DNA of 63,143 bases, filler included, from Thraustochytrium aureum (Eukaryota), in the NCBI GenBank assembly GCA_012862495.1. It is 3 parts of one record of this genome, joined end to end, with 100 filler letters (N's around TTAATTAATTAA, not from the genome) between each part and the next. Parts side by side here need not be neighbours in the genome. Positions count along the whole stretch, not along the records: positions 1 to 26,753 come from BLSG01000146.1; positions 26,854 to 42,402 come from BLSG01000146.1; 1 more part is not named here. One strand, 5' to 3'. The position numbers were made by a program, and so were the translations under genes. The notes beneath the pieces were generated by a model. It saw only the letters and a program-made list of their open reading frames with translations. It was not told the origin of the DNA and made no database searches. Positions 22,701 to 34,648 of this stretch are shown in pieces. How positions within the stretch are numbered: position 1 is the stretch's first letter; each line of letters opens with the position of its first letter.

Positions 22701-24464
22701 AAGCTCCCAAGCATACTGCGGCAGGTCCCGCTCTTGGAACAGGTCCAGTGCGAGCTGTCTCGCTTTGCTCCGGACCGCGTCGTGGTCATCACCAACGACA
22801 TATGACGGCACTGGCCGGCCCAGGTACACCCCGAAAACGATTTGGCATGCCCTCTCGTTGCTTAGCGTGCCGAGCTGAACAAAGGAGCCAGCGCGCTGCG
22901 CGGGCAGCGACAAGCTTGCCAAGGGCTTTTCGTCCCCGTTATCGCTTATGGCAGCGATTACGATGGAGCCATCCGTGCCGTCCTTCGGCAGGTTCTGCTG
23001 CTCGAGGAAGTCCTCAAAGTTTTGGTCAAACATCGCCGCGCCATTGGCGGCGTCGCGCGCGTCTCCCGCCGCCTCCTGCTCCTCGAGTGCTGCAGCCACG
23101 GCAGCTTCGTGGTCTGAGTGAGCCCAAACGGGATGTTTTGCAGGCGGCTCTGGCGCGCTGGAGAGCACGAGCGCCGCATTAGGAACGCACAGCGCAACGA
23201 GTGGCCCAGCGCCGACGGCACTTGCGCGCCGCGCCTCGTGGCTGGCCGCCGGCGCGCTTGGGCTCACGCTTGACTCTGGGAGCTCGGCGGACATTCCAGC
23301 AAAGTCGTCGTCCTCCTCGTCCTCGTCTTCGACCGGGCCTTGGAAGTCGTCGTCGTCAGAGTAGCTCTCCTCTTCCTCGTTCGCTGCAGACGACATGTTC
23401 ACCGTCTCGTTTGCGGGGTGCTGCGCAGACTGCTCGATGCTCGCATCGCACACCGTGACGGCAATCTCGGTGGGCCCTTTCCACGCCGCTGCGGCGGTTG
23501 GGGAAAAGGAACCTTGCACTGCGACACCTTGGAGAAGCTTGATAAAGCCGCACGCCACGAGCTCTTCGCTAAACGTCTCGAGAGCAGGTGTTGAGACAGA
23601 TCCCTGGTTAAGGCCGCGCACCGCGGCCAGAACGAGGGAGATAGCCTTGGCCCTCGTCGCAGTGCTGGCACCGGGCGACATGGCGCGCATCGCCCATGCA
23701 GCCATTTGCTTGGCCTGCCCAGGTCTACCGAGAAAGGCAACAAGCGGGGCCGGCACAGTGTCAAACACAAGGTCCTCGCGGCTCAGGTCGCCTCGGGCTC
23801 GTGCAACGAGAGGCAGCACCGCAGGCAAGCCGTCGGGCTCGGCCGTGCCCTCCAGCCACGCCGGCAGAGGCACATCAGAGGACCGAAACNNNNNNNNNNN
23901 NNNNNNNNNNNNNNNNNNNNNNNNNNNNNNNNNNNNNNNNNNNNNNNNNNNNNNNNNNNNNNNNNNNNNNNNNNNNNNNNNNNNNNNNNNNNNNNNNNNN
24001 NNNNNNNNNNNNNNNNNNNNNNNNNNNNNNNNNNNNNNNNNNNNNNNNNNNNNNNNNNNNNNNNNNNNNNNNNNNNNNNNNNNNNNNNNNNNNNNNNNNN
24101 NNNNNNNNNNNNNNNNNNNNNNNNNNNNNNNNNNNNNNNNNNNNNNNNNNNNNNNNNNNNNNNNNNNNNNNNNNNNNNNNNNNNNNNNNNNNNNNNNNNN
24201 NNNNNNNNNNNNNNNNNNNNNNNNNNNNNNNNNNNNNNNNNNNNNNNNNNNNNNNNNNNNNNNNNNNNNNNNNNNNNNNNNNNNNNNNNNNNNNNNNNNN
24301 NNNNNNNNNNNNNNNNNNNNNNNNNNNNNNNNNNNNNNNNNNNNNNNNNNNNNNNNNNNNNNNNNNNNNNNNNNNNNNNNNNNNNNNNNNNNNTGCTCAC
24401 GTATGCCGGCCTGCTGCTCGTGGTCTTCCAGTTGGGTTTCGGCTTCAGCTTGGTTGTCGCCCAT
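19799..24464 (-). CDS. Large helical protein with C-terminal RNI-like leucine-rich repeats (two gaps)
   Basis: Long ORF 24464-20956, then after a gap LDLSKNDLGDEGA, LNLSRSKVGARG, LDLSGNSLTDGG, LDLSSNVLTEEG repeats ending at 19799; joining across the gap is inferred. Confidence 0.6.
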
Positions 24465-24565
24465 TTCGGACTCGTGGCACCGAGTCCGCCCAGGTCTGCA
24501 CGGCTCGCTGCGCGCCCTTCCTGCCCAGAACGAGTCTCCCGCCCTTGTTGTGCCTCGCTGCCTAC

Positions 24566-24566
<1 letters not shown>

Positions 24567-24602
<36 letters not shown>

Positions 24603-24618
24603 GAGTTGGCTGGCTGGC
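24567..24618. repeat. (GGCT)n microsatellite
   Basis: Read directly. Confidence 0.85.
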
Positions 24619-24909
24619 GAGTTGGCGGTCTGGTGGTGCGCGATATATGACCGTTTCGAGCGAGTCCAACAAAAGACAGGAGCAGGACAAGCCTACTTGT
24701 AAACCATCCAGAACGGTGTTTTGGGGCTGACGAGATTGACTGACTGCGGTTGAGGATAGATAGCCTTGGCAGGGAAAGGCGACCGCCACGCTCGCCATGC
24801 TGGTGGCGGAGACTGAGGGTGGCAGAGACTGGAAGCGACGATGGTGTGGAAGGTTTGAACAAGAACAACAACAAAAGGAGAACGGGCGGGCGAATGGTCG
24901 GTGGAGGGT

Positions 24910-25863
24910 TTATTGCATCTCGCCGGCGCGGAGGACGTCGATCATGTTGTAGACTTTCTGCTCGGCGGCCGCATTAATACGGGCGGCGAGGAAGTGCACG
25001 GCGTCCACGACGCCCTCCGCGTAGGTGCGGCGGCCGCACACGTTGTGCTTGAACTCGAAGATGACCGAGCCGTCCTCGCTGGTGAGCGTGTACGTGTGCC
25101 AGGCGTGGCCGGCGAGCGCGTCCTCGGGAACGCCAAAGGCCATCTGCTTGTCAGCCTCGCGAAGCATCACAATGTCATCGACGGGGAAGGCCTCGCCGCC
25201 CTTGAGCACGTTGAGGTATTCCACCATCTTCTTCGCAGTGCCGCTCGTATCCGCCTTGCCGCTCTGGTGCGACTCGACGATCTGGAGCTTGTACCCACCA
25301 AAAGCGCCAGGGTACGCCTGCGACATGGTCTCCATCATGGCTTGAAAGGCAACGATTTGCTTGCACATGTTTGGTGCGATCAAAGCATAGACACCCGAGT
25401 CGTCCACGGTCTTTTGCAGGGCCTCGCGATCTCCGCCGGTGGTGCCCATTACAAACGGCAAGCCGAGCTTGCAGTACAGATCGGCGTTCTTGTTGACTGC
25501 GCTTGGGTGGGTGAAGTCGATGGCGATGACGGTCTTGCCGCGCGCCTTGGCCGCTTCCACGGCCGCCTTGAGCTGCTCCTCGGCTGCGTCGCCAGGGGCC
25601 AGAAGCCTGATGGTCACTGTGTGTTGTTCCGCGCCCGCCGCAAGCCAGCTACCGCGTCAATTCGTCGTGAACACGCTCGCTGCGCAGCCCCACTTACCTT
25701 TGCTTCCGTCCTCCTTGTCGACGCTGGTCTCCGAGGGCATCCCCTCGCCGGTGAGCGCCACATCTACCACCTCAACCCCTCGGCGCAGGCACGCCTGCGC
25801 GATCTCCTTGCCCATATTTCCGGGCAGCCCGTTCACGACGCACTCGACCGAAGGGCTCGACAT
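24910..25863 (-). CDS. dapB: 4-hydroxy-tetrahydrodipicolinate reductase, 2 exons (intron 25617-25697)
   Basis: VNGLPGNMG nucleotide-binding motif, IDFTHP, FVMGTTG, ESHQSGKADTSGTAK; an 81-nt GTAAGT...CAG intron joins both ORFs in frame (..DGSK-V-TIRLL). Confidence 0.9.
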
Positions 25864-25958
25864 TCTCTTGGTCCGTCCGTCCGTCCGGCTCAGTCAGTCA
25901 GTCAGTCAACAACCCACCGCCCGTAGCGCTACTCGCCCAGCTCCTTCTCCTTCTCCGC

Positions 25959-25996
<38 letters not shown>

Positions 25997-26753
25997 GCGT
26001 CTCGCTTGCCTCGCGCACTTCGGAGCCCCGATCGATCAGAGTCTGGGCACAGCCGTCCGTCCGTCCGTCCGTCCGTGTCGGACACAGCCGTGCGAGCAGT
26101 TCCCGCAGTTCCCGGTGAGCACTCTCGAGCTCGAGCTGGTGCTCAGTGCAGGTAGCACTTACCTGTGCTCGTAGCACTGGCAGCGCAGAGTACTCGAGTT
26201 GCCTGGGCCGGCTCTGGAGAGTATAGGTTTGATCCGCAAGAGCTCATCAGCGAGTTTGCCACGGACGTCTCGAGCCAACAGCGCAAGGCTGTCATCAGCC
26301 GAGTTTCCTGTTTATTTGGTTCGCATTTGGCGTGTGGTCCTCATGGGGCTGGCCTGGGTCCTCTCCAGCGTGACCGTGGCGAAGCGAGATGTCTTGCTGG
26401 TGGCGCTGCGCAGCGCCGCTTCGTTCATCGTTTTGAGCTCGCACCGCCTGTCTCTTTTGGCGTAGAGGAACACACACACACCAACCGAATAGAATACGAT
26501 CAGGACATGCGAGCGCGTGGAGGAGCGGAAGTGATTACTGTTGCGCCCTCACGCTGTCCGAGCTGGCTGACGTGGCCTTCGCAACTCCTGACGGATATCT
26601 GAAGGACCGGCGGGCCTCCTTCCCTTCATTGGCACTTTCTTACAACATAACTCTGGAAGGGATGCCATACCAGCCCTTGTGGAAGCGCGTTGCTGCGCTC
26701 ACGTGGGGCGCCAACAGGGCAGTTCTTTCACAAAGTCGTCGAGCACTTGTCCA

Positions 26754-26853
26754 NNNNNNNNNNNNNNNNNNNNNNNNNNNNNNNNNNNNNNNNNNNNTTA
26801 ATTAATTAANNNNNNNNNNNNNNNNNNNNNNNNNNNNNNNNNNNNNNNNNNNN
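26754..26853. other. Artificial scaffold linker N44-TTAATTAATTAA-N44
   Basis: Exactly 100 nt with a six-frame-stop spacer; identical structure at 42403-42502. Confidence 0.95.
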
Positions 26854-26854
26854 G

Positions 26855-27847
26855 ATTCAGGTCTCGTTCACGAACGAGCAGGGCCTCGAGGAGGCCGGGA
26901 TCGACGGCGGCGGCCTGTTCAAGGAGTTCTTGGTGGAGGTCTGCAAGCAGGGCTTTGACCCGCGGCTTGGCTTCTGGCTTGCCACGCCGCAGCAACAGCT
27001 GTACCCGAACCCGAGCTCTGCGACAATGGGCTCGCGGAACCTGGCCCACTTTGAGTTCATAGGCCGCATTCTTGGCAAGGCGCTTTTCGAGGGCATCCTC
27101 GTGGAGGTGGAGCTGGCAGACTTTTTCCTCAATCTCATGCTGGGCCGCAAAAACCACCTTCACGACCTGCAAAGCCTGGACGAAGAGCTGTACAGGAATA
27201 TTCTGGCACTCAAAGAGATGGGGCCTGGCATCGACGACCTCGGCTTGACGTTTGCGGTGTCGAGCGCAGCGCGCGGGGGCGCCGAGGTGGACCTCGTGCC
27301 CGGCGGTTCGAGCATGGCTGTGACGCAGGACAACTTTATCCACTACATGCGCCGCCTTTCCAGCTTTCGGCTCAACGAGGAGTTTGCGGCGCAGACGAGC
27401 GCATTCCTGTCTGGGTTTTCCGACATGATTCCCGCAAAGTGGATCCGCATGTTCAAGCCTCGAGAGTTGCAGCTCGTGATCGGGGGCTCCAACGAGGGCT
27501 ACAGTGTGGAGGACATGCGGCGCTTTTGTACATATTCTGGCGGGTACCACCAGAGCCAGCAGTATATCCAGGAGTTTTGGGAGGTCGTCGCGGGCTTTGA
27601 CAAGGACCAGCGCGCGCTCTTGCTGCGGTTCGTCACGAGCTGCTCCAAGCCGCCGCTGCAAGGGTTTGGCGCGCTCAACCCGCGCCTTTGTATCTCACAG
27701 GTACGCGTCGCGAGCGACGGAGAGCGCCTCGCCACCGCAAGCACGTGCGTCAACCTGCTCAAGTTGCCCAAGTACTCTTCCAAGGACGTCCTGCGCGACA
27801 AGCTGTTGTACTCTATCACTTCGGCCTCTGGCTTTGAGCTGAGCTGA
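26855..27847 (+). CDS. HECT E3 ubiquitin ligase (UBE3B/C-like), 5'-truncated
   Basis: EAGIDGGGLFKEFL, FVTSCSKPPLQGF, ASTCVNLLKLP (catalytic Cys), terminal SGFELS. Confidence 0.92.
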   Translation: MQVSFTNEQGLEEAGIDGGGLFKEFLVEVCKQGFDPRLGFWLATPQQQLYPNPSSATMGSRNLAHFEFIGRILGKALFEGILVEVELADFFLNLMLGRKNHLHDLQSLDEELYRNILALKEMGPGIDDLGLTFAVSSAARGGAEVDLVPGGSSMAVTQDNFIHYMRRLSSFRLNEEFAAQTSAFLSGFSDMIPAKWIRMFKPRELQLVIGGSNEGYSVEDMRRFCTYSGGYHQSQQYIQEFWEVVAGFDKDQRALLLRFVTSCSKPPLQGFGALNPRLCISQVRVASDGERLATASTCVNLLKLPKYSSKDVLRDKLLYSITSASGFELS

Positions 27848-28784
27848 GTTCTGATGCGGGAACGAGCCCCAGGGCCGGCCGGAATAGTGGCAGAGGCGAG
27901 GGAACCGCAATTCAACGAGTTCCTATTTGTTTTAAGAACGACTGAGCGCTGCGTGCGGGCGCGGGTGGCTGGTTTTGCACGTTTCTCCCGTGTACCACCG
28001 CCCTGCTCAACCTGCCGGAAAGCGCGCACGAAGTGGCCCCTTCTTGATGCGTGTGGTGCGCGCATTGGCGACTCGCATCTCTTGGTTGATTGAAAAGTGA
28101 GATGGAGTTGAATGCTTATTTGTAGTAGTCAGTTGTCTAAAGATATATGCTTGCAGCGCCGTCGCCTCGCGCTCGCGCTGAATTCATTTATATGGTCGGG
28201 TGGGTCGTCTGGTGANNNNNNNNNNNNNNNNNNNNNNNNNNNNNNNNNNNNNNNNNNNNNNNNNNNNNNNNNNNNNNNNNNNNNNNNNNNNNNNNNNNNN
28301 NNNNNNNNNNNNNNNNNNNNNNNNNNNNNNNNNNNNNNNNNNNNNNNNNNNNNNNNNNNNNNNNNNNNNNNNNNNNNNNNNNNNNNNNNNNNNNNNNNNN
28401 NNNNNNNNNNNNNNNNNNNNNNNNNNNNNNNNNNNNNNNNNNNNNNNNNNNNNNNNNNNNNNNNNNNNNNNNNNNNNNNNNNNNNNNNNNNNNNNNNNNN
28501 NNNNNNNNNNNNNNNNNNNNNNNNNNNNNNNNNNNNNNNNNNNNNNNNNNNNNNNNNNNNNNNNNNNNNNNNNNNNNNNNNNNNNNNNNNNNNNNNNNNN
28601 NNNNNNNNNNNNNNNNNNNNNNNNNNNNNNNNNNNNNNNNNNNNNNNNNNNNNNNNNNNNNNNNNNNNNNNNNNNNNNNNNNNNNNNNNNNNNNNNNNNN
28701 NNNNNNNNNNNNNNNNNNNNNNNNNNNNNNNNNNNNNNNNNNNNNNNNNNNNNNGTGCGTAGCGGTTTAGGCCAGCGTGAGCGG

Positions 28785-31700
28785 TCAGGCCCGAAGGGCC
28801 CCCCCGCAACTCGGGCAAACCTCGTCGTCGCCATCAACCACAGCCTGCGCCGAGTTGCACTTGGAGCAGAAAGCCACGTAGGGGGTGAGAACCTCGTTCA
28901 CGGCCTCCTCCTGGGAGCGGAGCACCGGGTTGAGCAGAATGCGTTCCTTCTCCTCCTCGCTGTACGCGCTGTTCTTCTCCACAACCTTGGTACGACGGCT
29001 CCAAGCAAGGTACTCCTCTTGCCGAGATCCCGCCAGACTCTAGGAGATCCTGCATCTCCGTCGCGTCCGCCTGCGAAAAGCGCTTGACGCCGCCATCCTC
29101 CTCCCGTCCCCGTGCGTACCGAGGGGAACAACATCCGGAACATTGAGCTTGTCCGAGGAGCGCGGGCGGCCATCCTCGGTGAACGCGGCGAGCATGTCGT
29201 ACCAGTCGTCACGGTCACGCTTGCTCTTAAAGGCGATGACGAGCGTGCGGCTCCGCTTTTTGGGGTCCCTCGTCGGCGCGTCTTCCTTGAGATACCCATT
29301 GACAATGGCGAGGATGTGCTTGTTGCGGCGAGAATAGTTTTTCGGGTCCTTGACAACCTTGCTCGGGTTGGTCGACTCGAGCGGGTTGAGGCGGAACACG
29401 CCCGCAGCCTTGGTGTTGGCCTTGTCGCCGATGGGGAAGTAGCGCACCTCGTTCAGGCTGGGGTTGAGGACGAAGCGGCGCGGCGCCCATCGGCTGAAAA
29501 TGCGAAAGTTGCCCTGCTTGACCGGCAGCTTGTCCCCTTCGGCAGTCAGGGAGCGCTTCTCTTGCCGCGAAGTCTTGGCGGCCCCCCAGTTGTACCCAAG
29601 GTCCTCGTCGTCCTCGTCTTCCGGCTGCGAATCGGTGGCGGAGAGGGCGCCGCGCGACGGTCGGTGGCGCGCCTTCATGGTCTGCGCGCGCAGGACCCAG
29701 AGCGTCATGTTGCGCGACGGGGTCGGCTTGCCGCGGCGGATCCGCTCCAAGTAGTGGTCCAAGTTGAAGCTCACGTTGGCGTCGTGCAGGTGGTCGAGCT
29801 GGCGCTTCTTCTTGGCCTCGAGCTGGCGCTTCACTTGCTTCCACTGCTGGAACAGCTCGTCGTAGACCTTCTTTTGCGCCTTGATGCGGCCAGAGATGTC
29901 GGAAGCCTCCGCCTCGTAGGCCAACTCCTCCTCCTTGGCCTCCTCCAGCTCGCGCTCGAGCGCCTCGTTCTCCTCTGCGATCTCAGCGAGGCGGCGCTCT
30001 TCCTCTTCGCGCTGCTCGCGGACCTGCTCGAGCTCTTTTTGCTTGGCGTTGTCGCTGTCGTCGGCGTCGCCGTCGCCAGCGAGGAAGTCGCCTGCGTCCT
30101 CCAGGGCGGCGAGCTGCTTCTTTCGCTTGGCCATGAGTCGCGCCGTGTTGGACTTGATGGAGGCGAAGCTCTTCTCCATGTCGACGAGCTTCTTCTTGTT
30201 GGCCTCGGCCTCCTCCTGGCGCTTGCGCAAGTCGGCCTGCTCGCGCTCTTTGGCTTCGCGGGCCTGGCGCGCGGCCTCGCGCTTGCGCTCGATCTCCTCT
30301 TGCTCCTTTTGCGCCGCTTCGAGGGCCTCGCGGGCCTCGCGCTCGCGGCGCTGGAGCTCTTGGTTGTGGTCGCGCAAGCGCTTGCGGTACTCCTTGCGGT
30401 CCTTCTTGGCGCGAGCGTACTTTTGGACGATCAGCGCCGCGCGGCGAAAGCCGTGGAACCGTCCGCGCGCCGCGGCGCAGCGGTACCAGCGCTGAATGAG
30501 CGCAGCGGCATCGCTGCGGCCCTTGGTGCGCGTCATGATCTTGGAGAACGACGCCACGGCACTGGCCTTGGCGAAGGCGACGCGCCAGCGGCGGCGCGCA
30601 AAGTACTTTTTGAAGCGCGCCGAGACCTCTTCTTGCGAGTAGCCGCCTGCGGAGGACTCGCCAGACTCCCAGCTGCTGGCCGCGCCCAGAATGCTCTCCA
30701 GCTCGGCGAGCTGGCCGCTCTTGAAGAAGACGCGCGAGAGGCCCAGCTTGTAGCTCTCGCGGGGGACGCCAAAGGCCCAGAACAGCGCGGCCACGAACGC
30801 GGTCTCCGAGCCGCCGCCAAGGCCCTTCCAGGCCTCCAGCGCGCGGTCGGGCAGAATGGGCTGGTAGCTCTCGACGAGCTCGTCGTACGTGACTCGCGTG
30901 GGAAACCCGTTCTTGAGCACCTCAGCGGTGCTGAGCACGGAGAGGGCTTTGAGCTGCGAGGTCACGTAGCGGCGGTCAAACCAGCCGTCCCCCTTGCGCT
31001 GCATGAGCGCGTTGGGCTTGATGCAGCGGATAAAGCTGCAGCGCGTGGAGTCCAAGTAGTCTTTGAGCGAAACGATCTGCTCCTTGAATCCAGAAACGAT
31101 CGTTGCGCGCGTCTTCTTCTTCTTGGACTTGCTCGCGCTGTCGCGGGAGCCGCCCTCGAGGCAGGACCACACGTCGGCAATGAGCGGGTGCGAGGAGCGC
31201 GCCATGGTCTCGTCCACCGTGGCGGGCATCGTGTTGGCGTTCTTGGCCAGGAAGGACCCCACCGTGTAGGTAACCGAGCCAGCGTAGTGGACCACGATGA
31301 AGCAGCGGTCGATGTCCTTGGGGTGCACCTTGCCGAACGCGCTGCTCTTGCGGAACTCCTTGTGCACCGCGTCGTTGAACTTTTTGTCGTTGGGCTGCGG
31401 GAGCTGGCCGTGCTGGTCCAGGAGCGTCAGGATCCCGTTCTTGCCCTCCAACAGCTCCATGCAGACCTCGTTGGTCTTGGGCGCGGTCATCTTGTCGTGC
31501 GACTCGAGCACGAGGTTCTCGCGCTTGTACAGCTCGAGCTCCGAGTGGAAGATCTGCTCGTTGAAGGTGCTCTGCAGCGACTCGTTGGTGTAGTTGATGA
31601 GCAGCTGTTCGAAGCCGTTGTGCTGGAAGCTCTCAAACCCAAAAATGTCGAGCACGCCGATCATGGGGTCGTCCGGGTTCGTGGCAGAGTCCGGGTCGAT

Positions 31701-32981
31701 CGCGTCGTTGATGACGGTCAGGATGTAGTTGAAGAGGCGGCTGTACAGCGTGCGCGCGACGGCATCGCGCGCCTCGGTTGCGGTCTTGGCATCGTTAAAG
31801 GCGATGATTTCGCCAGACCCCGGGGCCTTGATCTTGCGCTCGCAAAACATCTTGAGCAGCTCGTCTTGCGAGGCGAATCCGAGCGTGGCGCAGGCCAGCT
31901 CCAGCGCGTTGGTCGTGAGGTCGTTTTTGCGGGGCTGCGCGACCTGGCCTTCGGGCATGTCCACGTCGCGCAGCTGGATGTTGCCGAGGTGGAGAATCCC
32001 AGCCACGATCTTGAAGATGCTGTCTTGGACCGCCTTGCTGACCCCGACGTCGGTGAATGCCTTGACGACCTCGGCGAAGAAGCCGGCGTCCTCTGCCCGC
32101 ATTTGCGGCTTGTGGTTGGCCTTGGCCTCCCCGCCGGGCGTCAGGTACGCGAACATTTGCTTGGCGTTGACCCCGAGGGACTTGTCCTTGCTCAGGCCAG
32201 CGATGACCTGGTAAAAGATGTGGAACGACCGCTCGCCGTTCTCGTGCGAGGTGACGCGCGAGCGCTCCAGCAGGTACGTCTCGATTGACGCGCCGGTGAT
32301 CGAGCGCGCGTCGCCGTCAAAGTGCAGGCGCAGCATCTTGCCGAAGCGCGACGAGTTTGGGTTGCGCAGCGTCTGCGCGTTACCGAACGCCTCGAGGATC
32401 GGGTTGGTGCCCAGGAGCCGCCGGTCAAGCTCGCCGCCGCCGCAGCGCGCCACTAGGTGCTGCAGCACGCGCTTGCTGCTCTCCGTCTTGCCGGCGCCGG
32501 ACTCGCCGCCGACGACGACGGTTTGCGACACGGGCGAAGCCATGTCGTCGCGCACGCCGCGTTTCTTCTGCATGCAGCCAAACTTGAGCTGCGAGTAGGC
32601 CGTCTCCGCGACCGCGTACGGGTGGGGCCGCAGGGCCACGCCGGGGGTGCCCACCTCGATGTCCGGGTCGACCACCTCCTTGAGCGGGTTGACCGCCACC
32701 ATCACGCTGCCCAAGAACGTGTACGGCTTGTTGGCGTAGCTGCGCCTGTGCAGGTTGCTCAGGATGGCGGGCTCGTTCACGTACGTCATGCTGGTCATGT
32801 CCTCGAACCCGGCGGGGAGCGGCGCGTTGGACCTAAACGCATAGTCGGTCAGAATCCGCCTGCTCGACTCGGTCTTCACGACCACCTCGGTCTCCGAAAC
32901 CACGCTCTCGACCGAGCCGATTTCCCACACCCATTCCGCGGCGCCCTTCACCCAGACGCGGTCCCCGACCACAAACCCCAT
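28785..32981 (-). CDS. Unconventional myosin: SH3-like N-terminus, motor, IQ motifs, coiled coil, PH-like domain, C-terminal CxxC..CxxC (two frameshifts near 29020-29105)
   Basis: GESGAGKTE, NPILEAFGNAQT..NSSRFGK, LDIFGFE, FIRCIKPN; IQRWYR and VQKYAR IQ motifs; KQGNF...RDDWYDML PH-like region; likely start MGFVVGDRVWV at 32981. Confidence 0.9.
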
Positions 32982-33208
32982 CGTCCCTTTCCTCCGTCCA
33001 ATCCCACGCTCGTGGCGAGCCCCAGCCGCCAGGGCCTGCTCTGCAGCCGCCCAAGCACGCGGCCCGCAACCAGGTGTCGGTCCCTCTCCCACAATGTACT
33101 TTCACGTGGAATCGTACGTCCAACACCGAAGCGCGCCGCTTTCGACCGCGCAGGCAAGCGCACGCGACCTCTTTCGAGCCACCCAGGGCCGCGCCCGCCC
33201 GTGTTTCT

Positions 33209-33263
33209 GCCTGCCCGCCTGCCCGCGTGCCTGCCCGCCTGCCTGCCCGCCTGCCTGCCTGCC
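33209..33263. repeat. (GCCT/GCCC)n microsatellite
   Basis: Read directly. Confidence 0.8.
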
Positions 33264-34648
33264 TCTCGCGCCGCTCCGCTTCCTCCTGACGCAGGTTCGT
33301 TCGGGTCCGCTCGCTCGCGTATCCCTTTCCTCCCTTCCTTCCTTCCTTCCTTTACTCACGCACTCACTCACCAAACCCACTCACTCAGTTCGCTCATTTC
33401 CGCTGCTTCTCTCTCTCTCGCCTCCCTGTTCACGAGAACGAGCACACTCAAGAGCCGCTCAGGAGCCGACGAAACGACGCTCAAGAGACCAGGAAACAGG
33501 GCTGTATCGGCAAGTCTGGAGTGGGGCGTCACGCAGGGAGGGCGGTGCGTGCGGGGGCGTTTCCGGCAGCCTCTCTGCCGCGCCCTCGCCTCCTACTGGA
33601 CGGACGATCTTGTTGGTGTTTTCTTTGTTTTTCCTGCGTTACCCAAGGACGAGCGATGGGCACTTTACTCATGTCTCCGGCATAAAAACTGAGGAAACCT
33701 TATTAACATTTTGGAAAAGATTAAAATTGCACCATTATTTTTAACTATATATGTATCTATATGCCCCGCTGCCCCCAACGAGGTCCCCGCCGTCACGGTC
33801 CTTCCTCTTTCCCGCTCACCCTCCTAAGAGTACAGAGGGGCATGGCCAATTCCGTGCCACAAATCGAGCCCACGGCACCCCCCACCTCAGCTACCAGTGT
33901 AGTGCAGCCTCGCTTCCTTCGCTCGTGCGCTTGGCCCTCTGCAGTGNNNNNNNNNNNNNNNNNNNNNNNNNNNNNNNNNNNNNNNNNNNNNNNNNNNNNN
34001 NNNNNNNNNNNNNNNNNNNNNNNNNNNNNNNNNNNNNNNNNNNNNNNNNNNNNNNNNNNNNNNNNNNNNNNNNNNNNNNNNNNNNNNNNNNNNNNNNNNN
34101 NNNNNNNNNNNNNNNNNNNNNNNNNNNNNNNNNNNNNNNNNNNNNNNNNNNNNNNNNNNNNNNNNNNNNNNNNNNNNNNNNNNNNNNNNNNNNNNNNNNN
34201 NNNNNNNNNNNNNNNNNNNNNNNNNNNNNNNNNNNNNNNNNNNNNNNNNNNNNNNNNNNNNNNNNNNNNNNNNNNNNNNNNNNNNNNNNNNNNNNNNNNN
34301 NNNNNNNNNNNNNNNNNNNNNNNNNNNNNNNNNNNNNNNNNNNNNNNNNNNNNNNNNNNNNNNNNNNNNNNNNNNNNNNNNNNNNNNNNNNNNNNNNNNN
34401 NNNNNNNNNNNNNNNNNNNNNNNNNNNNNNNNNNNNNNNNNNNNNNNNNNNNNNNNNNNNNNNNNNNNNNNNNNNNNNNNNNNNNNNNNNNNNNNNNNNN
34501 NNNNNNNNNNNNNNNNNNNNNNNNNNNNNNNNNNNNNNNNNNNNNNNNNNNNNNNNNNNNNNNNNNNNNNNNNNNNNNNNNNNNNNNNNNNNNNNNNNNN
34601 NNNNNNNNNNNNNNNNNNNNNNNNNNNNNNNNNNNNNNNNNNNNNNNN

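Noticed and set aside
26798..26809. Palindromic TTAATTAATTAA (also 42447-42458) as a biological site
   Set aside because: Centred in exactly 44+44 Ns; an artificial six-frame-stop scaffold linker, so synteny across it is unreliable
29112..32288. 1058-aa plus-strand ORF
   Set aside because: Antisense shadow of the myosin gene caused by GC-rich codon bias
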